Origin: Hyaloraphidium curvatum SAG 235-1
Taxonomy: Eukaryota > Fungi > Monoblepharomycota
Assembly: GCA_025558095.1 (NCBI GenBank)
Contig: JAIVFI010000021.1
Coordinates: 124,001 to 188,000 of the forward strand
DNA length: 64,000 nt
Direction: 5' to 3'
Shown: one piece after another, positions 24,194 through 32,893 of the stretch
Numbering within the stretch: the stretch's first letter is position 1
Layout of the letters: every line of letters starts with the position of its first letter
Program-made: the position numbers and the translations under genes
The notes under the pieces: generated by a model
What the model was told of the DNA's origin: nothing
The model's database searches: none
The model's input: only the letters and a program-made list of their open reading frames with translations

Positions 24194-25723
24194 ATGACGT
24201 CCGTCCTCGGCGACACGTGCCACGCGCAGCTGAAGCGCGCCCTGGTGGCCAACGGCCTCGCCGTCCGCGGCGACTCGCGCGTCGCCTCGAGCTTCGCCGC
24301 GGGCGCCGACTCGCCGTACTCGCTCGCCGAGGCCGTGCGGCTCATCAAGCGCGGCCACCTGCTGCACGAGCACTCGCCGTTCGCGCGCATGGCGGCCGCC
24401 GTGCGGGCGCAGTACGACCCGCGGTTCGCGAAGCTGCGCAACGGGCTCGGGTACGAGGGGAGGGGATGGTACTCGCGCGGGGAGCGGAGCGACATGCGGC
24501 GCGAGCGGGAGGACCTCGTGGACGCGCAGGCGATGGACTTGGCCCGGGCGGAGTCGGACGCGCTGGCTCTCTGGGCCGCCGCGGTCCGCGATCCGGCCAA
24601 CGCCGCCAACGTCTGCCCCTGCGCAGAGTGCGGCGAGCCCAAGCTCACGGACCCCGAAGCGGTGTGGGCAGGCGACGCCGGACAACTAGCTGCCCGGCTG
24701 CCTCCCGGGTCCGGCGTGCCTGCGATCAGGATCCGCCTGCCGCCGCCCAGCATGGGTGAAGCCGGCTCCTTCGGGCAGCTCGACGTGCCGACCGTGCTTT
24801 GGGGCGACGGCGACAACGTGCGCCTCCTCGGCCGAGACAAAGCCGGCGACCAAGATGCGGAAGGCGTGGCAGAGGATCCCCAAGAAGGAGCGGCAAGCTG
24901 GTCGGATGTGCCTCCCGAGATAGCCGAGCGCGTCCTCCTCTTCTGCAGCATGGGCACCCTCCGCACCCTCCGCAACGCATGCCTCGCACTCCGCGCGGCC
25001 GTCGACGACGTTGCTTTCCTGCGCAAGTGGCTGCTCGCGCCCCCGGACGAGCGCCGCGTTGCGCTGTACGACCGCACCGAGGCCATGCTCGCGAAGCATC
25101 ACCTGACCGCGAAGGCCGTGCCCGTCGCCGAGGTCCTGCAGCAGCTGGGCGCCGCCGACCCCGGCGCGTGCCATGGATGCAAGCGCTCGCCGGAGGAGCT
25201 CCCCCCCCGCGCCGACGGCGGTGCCGCACCGCCCGACTTCCTCGCCATGGGATCGAGCACCTTTCTCTGCCCCCCCTGCCGGCGCCGCCACTTCCCGACC
25301 TCCTCCGAGCTCCCGTGGGGCCTCGCCGCGTCGGACGTCTCGGGTCTCGCCGGCATCCGCCTTCCGGGGAGCTACGTGACCTACTACCCTTTGACCAAGT
25401 TGGCCCCCGTTGCCCGCCGCAAGTTCCCCTCGCTCCCCCCCGACGCCAACCCCTCGCAGCTCGACGCGGCGTGGGCGGAGCGCCTGGCCCGTGCCGCGCG
25501 CAGGAGGAAGGAGGCGCTCTCGGCGCGGCTGCGTGAGGACGAGAAGGGCGAGATCGAGGCGGCGCTCAAGGATGCCAAGCTGCTGAGCTACCGCGGGCAG
25601 TTCACGACGAGGTACAGGGCGAACCTCAAGGCGGGGGAGGGGGACGAGGGGACGAGGGAGGCCGAGGCGTTCGCGGAGGCGATGGCGTACGTGAAAGGCA
25701 AGAAGGCGGCCAAGGCCGGGTAG
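24194..25723 (+). CDS. Hypothetical F-box-like protein with CxxC pairs
   Basis: Intronless 509-aa ORF with coding-like GC3; central F-box-like WSDVPPEIAERVLLFCSMGTLRTLRNACLALR; CHGC..CPPC. Confidence 0.65.
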   Translation: MTSVLGDTCHAQLKRALVANGLAVRGDSRVASSFAAGADSPYSLAEAVRLIKRGHLLHEHSPFARMAAAVRAQYDPRFAKLRNGLGYEGRGWYSRGERSDMRREREDLVDAQAMDLARAESDALALWAAAVRDPANAANVCPCAECGEPKLTDPEAVWAGDAGQLAARLPPGSGVPAIRIRLPPPSMGEAGSFGQLDVPTVLWGDGDNVRLLGRDKAGDQDAEGVAEDPQEGAASWSDVPPEIAERVLLFCSMGTLRTLRNACLALRAAVDDVAFLRKWLLAPPDERRVALYDRTEAMLAKHHLTAKAVPVAEVLQQLGAADPGACHGCKRSPEELPPRADGGAAPPDFLAMGSSTFLCPPCRRRHFPTSSELPWGLAASDVSGLAGIRLPGSYVTYYPLTKLAPVARRKFPSLPPDANPSQLDAAWAERLARAARRRKEALSARLREDEKGEIEAALKDAKLLSYRGQFTTRYRANLKAGEGDEGTREAEAFAEAMAYVKGKKAAKAG

Positions 25724-25877
25724 CGCCCGAAATGACGACAGACAACCCGCCAAACGCAACTCGCGCCCCGACCTCCACACCAGGCGTTTCCCGTCCGCTT
25801 CCCCCTTCCTGACGCGTCTCTCGAATCATTCCTTCCACCGGCACCCGCCAGCCTCCTCGCCTGCCCGCCGGACCGCC

Positions 25878-26354
25878 ATGGACGCGCCTTCCCCGGCCTC
25901 CGACGTTTCTCCCCCTCCGGACGCTTCCCTCCCCACGGCGCAGCCGGTGACGATGGAATCCCTCCTTTCCTTCCTCCCGGCATCTTTATTGCCCCCCGCG
26001 CTCTTCCTCCTCTCCGGCTTCTCCGCCTGGGTCCCCTCGTTGCTCTCCCTCCTGGACCACGTCACGCACATGGGCCCCGCCCGGCAGTTCGGGTACTTTT
26101 TCGCCGCCTGGATCTCCCTGCGGATGTTCCACCTCGCTTCCCCCTCCGGCTTCGCGCGCGCGAGGATCTGGCTGCAGGCCGCGCTCGTGGCGCTGGTAAT
26201 CGCGGGGCTGGCGGGCGGGTTCGCGGCAAAGGGCGTGGAGTGGTACCACGCTCCCCCGGCGCCGCGCAGGAACGCCACGCTGTTCAACGCGACGTTTGCC
26301 AACGCGACCGGGAACGGGACGGCGGGGGAGGAGGAGGGGTTCGAGGAGCTGTAG
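25878..26354 (+). CDS. Hypothetical small membrane protein
   Basis: 158-aa ORF with three hydrophobic segments and C-terminal NxT sites. Confidence 0.55.
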   Translation: MDAPSPASDVSPPPDASLPTAQPVTMESLLSFLPASLLPPALFLLSGFSAWVPSLLSLLDHVTHMGPARQFGYFFAAWISLRMFHLASPSGFARARIWLQAALVALVIAGLAGGFAAKGVEWYHAPPAPRRNATLFNATFANATGNGTAGEEEGFEEL

Positions 26355-26634
26355 GTCGCCGGACGGGGACGCGCTCATTCGACTGGAGGGGCCCGTGCAG
26401 GATGGATACCCTCCTAACTACATGTAGGACGGCCGATACCCGTAAATTTCCTGCCTGCTTCGGCTGAGGAACGCGTCCGGAACGCCGGTGATTATCGGGC
26501 CAGTCACGCGGCCTTCGCCACCCCTTTCCGCCGACGCGGGTTCGTCCTCCAGCGGCGGCAGCGAGCCAGCCCGACGACCCCCGCGGGCAATCCTCACAAC
26601 TTCCTCGCGTCCGGGAACCGCGCGGCAGCCGAAG

Positions 26635-27482
26635 ATGCCCGTCTTCTCCGACCCCGCCTCGCGCCGCGTGGACCTCGCCCTCCTCCTCTTCTTCACCCTC
26701 TCCCTCGCCCTCTCCGTCGTCTCGGCCGCGGTCCCCCGCTGGCTCGTGGCGGAGCCCTCGCAGCCGTACCTCCCCGCCACGCTGTTCGGCCTGTTCCGCT
26801 CCTGCGCCGCCTTCGGGGACGACGTCACGTGCACCAACTTCCCCTCGGCGCGGCTGTGCGAGGAGCGCGGGGACTTTTGCGCCGCGTGGCTGTCGGCAAG
26901 GTTCGGGGTGGTCCTTGCCTGCGCCGGCGGGGCGGTGGCGGCGGTCGGGGGGGTGCTGGGGCTGGCGGCGGAGGAGGGGATGAAGGCGATGGCGGGTGGG
27001 TTCCTTTCGCCTGCTTTGGCATCGGCGGGAGGGTTCTGAATTGTCGCGTCTTTGCCGGGTGCGGCCGCGTCGCTTCGCTTCGCTTTTGGCGCGCCGATAG
27101 GCAAAATGGCCGTCGCCGGCGTCCTCGTGCACCTCCTCGGCCAGGTGGTCGCCATGTCGGTCATGATCAACGTGGAGGCCAATGCGGACGGGGCGGTGCC
27201 GCTGCCCGTGTTCCGGACGGCGTGGGTCACCGCGGTGCGCCGCGGGGATCGATGGACGGGGGCTGACGCGCCGCGCGGGGCGACAGGTTCGGCGCGAGCT
27301 TCGTGCTCTGCATCGTGAGCTGGGTCGCGGACGTGTTCATCGTGGCGGTGGGTCGCTCCGCTTCCAACCTGCCGGCACGGGGCTTTGATGTTGATTCGGA
27401 CCGTTCGGTTCCCGCGTGGCAGATCAAGCTCGTCGCCATCGGCCTCTCCAAGCGGTCCGCGTACACCGAGATCGCGAGCTGA
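26635..27482 (+). CDS. Claudin/SUR7-like tetraspan membrane protein, multi-exon
   Basis: TM1, then W..FGLFRSC..C loop; spliced exons continue to FGASFVLCIVSWVADVFIVA|IKLVAIGLSKRSAYTEIAS*. Confidence 0.7.
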
Positions 27483-28003
27483 GTTTCCCCCGCCCGGCCA
27501 AATTGGGCCCTGCTGGCGAGGGGACGGAGTTGATCAGTGGCTTCTTGGCTGGGCGATTCCCGGGGGTGATCAGGTTGCGGGGGGCCGGGGGGGGGGGGGG
27601 GGCATGTGGGGTGTATTTGGATTGCTGCGGCCCGGACATAGATTGCTGCTGAATGCCAACGAGGAGGGATTGGGACGGGGAGGTCACGGGGGTGTATGGA
27701 AGGCGGCGTCCCAATCGAGGGTCGCCAAATTCAGGTTGCGGCAGAGGAGCTGCCGGACCGTGCCGCCGCTCGGACGCGGCGGGAAAATTAGGCCGAGTTG
27801 CAAGGCAGCATGCTGCAGGGGATGCAGTGTTCCCGGGGGTCCCGAATCGGGGTCGAGGGGATACCGCAGCTTTGGTTCGCGGGGACCCGGCGCGAACCAA
27901 GTCGAGGAATCTCCCCGACACCCCCAAACACCGGGCAGTCCCCGTACGGAGGCGACAGCCGACCCCGCTCCGCCGCCTCGGGACCCCGCGCGCACGCGCC
28001 GCC

Positions 28004-30556
28004 ATGCCCTTCGAAGGCGGCCCGTCGCGCGCCGCGCCCTCCGCCGGCCCGTCGCCCCCGCGCCCGCCGCCCCCGCTGCCCTCTCAGCCGCGCACGCCGC
28101 ACGCCGCCGCCCCTCAGCCGCACCGGAAGCACCCGCGCGACTCGCCGGCCGCATTCTCGGCGCACGGCGCGCGCGGGGGCATGGCCGGGGCGGGCGGCCC
28201 GCAGCCGCACCCCGTGCCGGCCCCGCCCGACGCCGCCCCCGCTGCGCACGGCTCCCCCGCGGCAAAGGCAAACAAGAAGCGCCGTGCGGACCCGCCGCCG
28301 CTGCCCGTCGCCGCCCCGCGCGGCACGCACTGGCCCGCAATGCCCGCGCCCAGCCTCGCCGCGTTCCCGGCAAAGCACCCCTCGCCGCCCTCGCTCCACG
28401 CGCAGTCGCCCTTCGGCATGCAATTCGGGCACCCCGCCTCGCAAGGCGCCCGCATGCCCGGCCCGCCCTTCGGCCCGCCCGCCGCGCTCACCCCCGCGCT
28501 GCACCGCGCGCCCCTCGCCGACCCCGGCTCCCCGCACAAGCGGCACTCGCTGCCCGCGAACCCCTTCTCCGCGCACGCGGGGGGGCCCCGTCCGCACGCG
28601 GGCGCCTTCGCCTCGCCCCGCGCGGACGTGCGCTTCCCGCAGGTCGGCGCCGGCGCGCACGGCGCGGCAGCCGGCAGCCCCGCCTTCTTCCGCGAGACCC
28701 CCGGCCGCCCGAAGCCGGTCCTCGACCAGGCGTCCCCCTTCTTTGCCCCCCCGTCGCATACCGCCCCCCCGCCCTCCCAGTTCCACCCCGCGTCGTCGCA
28801 GGCCGCGGCTTCTTCCCAGGCCACGCTCCGCGGGACCGGGAAGCAGGCGTCGACCTGGCCCACCCCCGCGCGGCCGACGAGCAACGTCATGAGCCCGCAC
28901 GAGCAGCGGGACGCGATAATGAGCAGCCCCGAGGCCAGGGATGAGAAGGAGGTGCGTTCTCGCTTCCCGCGCACCGCAACGGCCAGCTCACCAGGCTCCG
29001 CGTTCCAGTTCTGGGCCTCGCCCCCGGCAAAGACCCCCCGGACCGAACGGCACCAGCTGCTCACGCCCGTCAAGAGCGGCAAGAAGCAGCCCGATGACTG
29101 GTGGCTCAAGTCGCCCTTCAAGTCCGAAAAGGGCGGCCGCCACGGAAAGTTCCACGAAAAGGTCGACTTCCGGAGCCCCGGCGGGTTCGGCAAGCTCGCG
29201 AGCAGGTTCGGGGACATACAGATGCTCGAGCACGATGCCGCGCCAACGGCGGCGGTGGCCGGGCCGGCGTCGCCCGCGCGGAGGGGCAACCTGCTCTTTT
29301 CGGACTTTCTCCCCGCGCCGAGCTCCCCCGCAAACCACGGCCAGCAAGCGCATCAGCCCGGCGACTTTGTCGCCCTGCTCATGTTCCCCGAGGCCGCTGC
29401 CCAGGACCAGCCCCTCCCCTTCGAGCTCCTCTGCCGCGTGCTCGCGTACCTCCCACCCCCCGACCTCGTGCGCTGCATGGTCCTCAGCAAGTCGTGGTGC
29501 AACGCCGCCGCCCCCGCGCTGTGGAGCGAGATTCGTGTGCGCAGCACGGTCGGCTGGTCCAAGATCTTTGGCGTGCTCAAGGGCAAGTCGACCCCCGCCT
29601 CGGACGCCTCGTTGTTCGAGGACCCCCCCGGCAGCCCGCGCCGCTCCTCCCGCCTTGCCTCTCCCGCGCGCCCCGCGATGCCCTTTGGCGCGCACCGCCG
29701 CTCCGGCCCCCGCGCTGCGGTGTACCGCTCCCTCGTCCGCGCATGGAGCTACTCCTCCATCGACGCCGACGGCAAGCGGCTGCCCACCACGCGGGGCGCC
29801 ACCCTGTCCATCCTCCGCGGCCTGCTCACCTCGCGGGTGTACATGCCGAACCTGCGGCGTGTGTCGCTCGCCGGGGGCGCGGAGTGGGCCGACGACGGGT
29901 TCCTGAGGATGCTGGCGGCGGGGTTCGGCGGGGTTCTGGAGCACCTCTCCCTGTCGGGGTGCAGGAACGTCACCCGCGCCGCGCTGCTCGCCAGCCTGCC
30001 CGAGTTCCGTGCGCTCAGATCGGTCAGGATCGAGTACTCCTCCGAGGTGGACGCCGCCGTCGTCTCGCGCATCGCCGCCCTCGGGGTGCCTTGCGTGGCG
30101 GTGGTGTACTGCGGCTCGCTCGACGACGCCGCCGTCGCCCTCCTATCGGGGTGCAGGGAGCTCGAGGTGACTTTCTGCCCCGGAGTGACCTTTGGCGCCG
30201 GCATCCGCGGGCTGCTCGCGCGCGCCGAGGGGCTCGAGGTGCTCAGGGCGGGGTACATCACCTGGAGCGAGCCGCCCAGGGGGCAGACGGCCAGGTTCCC
30301 GCGGGGGATGAGGGAGCTGGATCTCTCGGGCTTGCCGGTGCTCGATGCGCGGGTGTCGCTACCGGCGTCGCTGCGGAGGCTGGTGCTGAGGGAGCTCCCG
30401 CAGGCCGCGACGGCGGCGGCGCTGGCGAGGCTGCTGAAACGGTGCACATCCTTGGAGGTGCTGGACGTGGGCGGGACGCCGTTCGCGCCGGGGGAGAGGG
30501 AGGAGGCGGGGCGGTGGTGCGCGGGGAGGGGGGTGCGGATGGTGGCGGACGACTGA
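28004..30556 (+). CDS. F-box / RNI-like leucine-rich repeat protein with Pro-rich disordered N-terminus
   Basis: LPFELLCRVLAYLPPPDLVRCMVLSKSWCNAAAPALW; LRRs such as LEHLSLSGCRNVT and LEVLDVGG. Probable in-frame intron from ~28952. Confidence 0.85.
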   Translation: MPFEGGPSRAAPSAGPSPPRPPPPLPSQPRTPHAAAPQPHRKHPRDSPAAFSAHGARGGMAGAGGPQPHPVPAPPDAAPAAHGSPAAKANKKRRADPPPLPVAAPRGTHWPAMPAPSLAAFPAKHPSPPSLHAQSPFGMQFGHPASQGARMPGPPFGPPAALTPALHRAPLADPGSPHKRHSLPANPFSAHAGGPRPHAGAFASPRADVRFPQVGAGAHGAAAGSPAFFRETPGRPKPVLDQASPFFAPPSHTAPPPSQFHPASSQAAASSQATLRGTGKQASTWPTPARPTSNVMSPHEQRDAIMSSPEARDEKEVRSRFPRTATASSPGSAFQFWASPPAKTPRTERHQLLTPVKSGKKQPDDWWLKSPFKSEKGGRHGKFHEKVDFRSPGGFGKLASRFGDIQMLEHDAAPTAAVAGPASPARRGNLLFSDFLPAPSSPANHGQQAHQPGDFVALLMFPEAAAQDQPLPFELLCRVLAYLPPPDLVRCMVLSKSWCNAAAPALWSEIRVRSTVGWSKIFGVLKGKSTPASDASLFEDPPGSPRRSSRLASPARPAMPFGAHRRSGPRAAVYRSLVRAWSYSSIDADGKRLPTTRGATLSILRGLLTSRVYMPNLRRVSLAGGAEWADDGFLRMLAAGFGGVLEHLSLSGCRNVTRAALLASLPEFRALRSVRIEYSSEVDAAVVSRIAALGVPCVAVVYCGSLDDAAVALLSGCRELEVTFCPGVTFGAGIRGLLARAEGLEVLRAGYITWSEPPRGQTARFPRGMRELDLSGLPVLDARVSLPASLRRLVLRELPQAATAAALARLLKRCTSLEVLDVGGTPFAPGEREEAGRWCAGRGVRMVADD

Positions 30557-30783
30557 TGCGGTGGTGGTGGTGGTGTGGGGCGGGGGCTCGCGCGCGCGGC
30601 GCATGCATCTCTTTCGGCTCGAATCATCTCTTTCGCTTCTCTTTCTCTGTTTCTGTATCTGTTGTAGAGGCGCGTGCGTGCGGGAACATGATTATGGAAT
30701 CCCAAAGCTCGGACCGGGGAGTGACTGGATTTCGTCCGCGTCTGTGCATCACAGTGAGCTTTGTGGTGATGTACATGGAGTAG

Positions 30784-32487
30784 CTACCTCCCCGGCATGA
30801 ACGACCCCCGCTCCGCCAACGGCCACCCCTCCAGCCCCCCATCCCAGTCCCTCGGATCCTCCACCGCCCTCGCCAGCGCCTCCATCCCCGGCACGCACCC
30901 CGCGCTCCCCCTCAGCGCGCGGAGGCCCCCGTCCAGCCGCTTCCTTACGAACCCGCGGAGTTCGGGCTGGTCGGGCGGCAGGTCGCGGAGGAGCATGGAG
31001 AGGAGGAGGGAGAGCTTGGCGGTGCTGGTCCAGACGGTGCAGGGGAGGTGGTCCAGGGCGGTGGGGGAGGAAGCGAGGAGGGAGGAGAGGCGGTCGCATG
31101 CGGCGAGGGCGGCGTCGAGCGCGGGGACGAAGGATTCGGAGGAGAGCCACGGGTGCAGGGCGGCGGCATCGGCGACCCTTGCAGGGCACAGGCAGAGGGC
31201 GCGGAGGGTGTGCAGGTGCAGGAGGAGGTGTTCCGGCTGGGCGTGGCGGAACCGGGAGGGGGCGTCGGGGAGGAGGGTCCATGCCGGTGGGGAGGCAGGG
31301 GTGGGGCGGGCGGCGAGGAGGTCCAGGGCCGAGGCGGCGGCGTCCATGAGGTCCGGCGCGGGGGAGGAGCGGAAGGTGTGGAGGTACGCGAGCATGGCGA
31401 TGCCGTCGAGGTGGGGGAAGAGGACGGGGATGGCTCCAGGGGCAGAGAGCATCGAGGCGGTGACGGCGGGGGCGGCGGGTGCGCCGTAGGGGCGGGGGAG
31501 GGGAACATCGGCGACCAGCTCATCGGGGACGATCCAGGTGCCCGTGGACGAGCGCAGGATGCCAGAGCGGTCGTAGGCGTAGACGAACCAGCGCAGACGC
31601 CGCGCGAGCTCGCCGTCGTGGCCCTCGGCCGCGGGGTCCGTGGACGCGGCCGCGGCGGCAGCCAGGCGGAAAAGGTGCTCGGCCGGTCTCCGGTCCGGGT
31701 TGTAGAAGGTTGCGATGAAGGCAAGGTGCACAAGGGCCACGGCATCCCAGAGCAGGCTCCGCCCGTCGAGCGGGGCGGCGTGGAGGGAGGGAACGGGCAC
31801 GAGGGAGCTTTGCACGAGCTCCGTGGCCGTGGCCGTACAGGCAGCCCCCCATTTCATGCACTCTGCCGCGCTCAGGCTGCCCGGGGCCGCGTCCAAGGTG
31901 CGCTGCGAGGTCCCACTTCCCGTGCCAACCGAGGAACCGCGCGCATCGTCGTTGCCCACCCCGTCCTCTCCAATCTCATCGGCAAGATAGAAGAGCGCCA
32001 GCGCCAGCACGGCGTTCGCGGCAGCCGCGGGCATATAACCGGCGTCTCCCACCAAACGCAAGTCCACGAGAGGGAGGGTCGCATAGGCCGAAGCGGAGTA
32101 CACCTCCATCGTGCGCTGCCGCAAATCGTCGGGCACGTCTACAACGCGTCCGGTCGCGGAGCTTCGAGAGGGCGCCGGGCTCGGCAGCGGCGGCGGCGAA
32201 CGCGTCTTCCCGGCCACCGGCCCGGGCGGCACGCACGCATGCCGCTTCCTGGGCGTGCCCCGCAGCGCCGCTTCGCCGAGCGCCAGCAATTTCGCGAGAT
32301 CCGCGGCATCGGGCGCCTCGTACTCGCATTCGCCGCCGCGGGAGGCGCACCGCCCGCACCGCAGGCCCGCGAACCGGTCCGCGGGATCCCCCTCACGCCA
32401 GCCCTCGGCCGCGGCGAGGATGAGTAGCTCGATGTCGCAGACGCGACGTCGTTGCCGGCAGTACGCGCAGATCAGTCGGGGGCGCAT
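30784..32487 (-). CDS. Zn(II)2Cys6 transcription factor
   Basis: CAYCRQRRRVC-x26-CGRCASRGGEC; ELARRLRWFVYAYDR middle-homology motif. Confidence 0.8.
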   Translation of the reverse strand: MRPRLICAYCRQRRRVCDIELLILAAAEGWREGDPADRFAGLRCGRCASRGGECEYEAPDAADLAKLLALGEAALRGTPRKRHACVPPGPVAGKTRSPPPLPSPAPSRSSATGRVVDVPDDLRQRTMEVYSASAYATLPLVDLRLVGDAGYMPAAAANAVLALALFYLADEIGEDGVGNDDARGSSVGTGSGTSQRTLDAAPGSLSAAECMKWGAACTATATELVQSSLVPVPSLHAAPLDGRSLLWDAVALVHLAFIATFYNPDRRPAEHLFRLAAAAAASTDPAAEGHDGELARRLRWFVYAYDRSGILRSSTGTWIVPDELVADVPLPRPYGAPAAPAVTASMLSAPGAIPVLFPHLDGIAMLAYLHTFRSSPAPDLMDAAASALDLLAARPTPASPPAWTLLPDAPSRFRHAQPEHLLLHLHTLRALCLCPARVADAAALHPWLSSESFVPALDAALAACDRLSSLLASSPTALDHLPCTVWTSTAKLSLLLSMLLRDLPPDQPELRGFVRKRLDGGLRALRGSAGCVPGMEALARAVEDPRDWDGGLEGWPLAERGSFMPGR

Positions 32488-32893
32488 TTTTGTCTGCCAA
32501 CGAGCGTGTATGGTTCATTTCCGCAAGGAAGACAATATACAGAGCATAATAATCACGGGCTTAGGCGGACGGTCAGGTCCGCGGCCAGGCTAACCGGGCG
32601 GGCGGCCAGCTCTAACGCGCTGACCGCACAAACGCTACCCCGAAGCAACCGCCCGAACGCGGGCAAACACCCCCGCGCGGGCCCCGCCGACAGCGCAGAG
32701 CCGGACAGCTGTCGCGCGCCGAGCTCCCCGGGCCGGCGCTTCGCGCCGCGGAGGCCCGGTGCGCGAGCGGCGCCGCATCGCCCGCGGGCAAACGCTGACA
32801 GGTCGCGCGCGCGGGTTCCCCCGCGGTCCTCCCGCGCCGCGGTCCTCCCGCGCCGCGGACCCCATAGATTCGGCGGACCCCATAGATTCGCGC

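Noticed and set aside
27586-27602. Poly-G run as a G-quadruplex regulatory element
   Set aside because: A single homopolymer of uncertain length with no supporting evidence.
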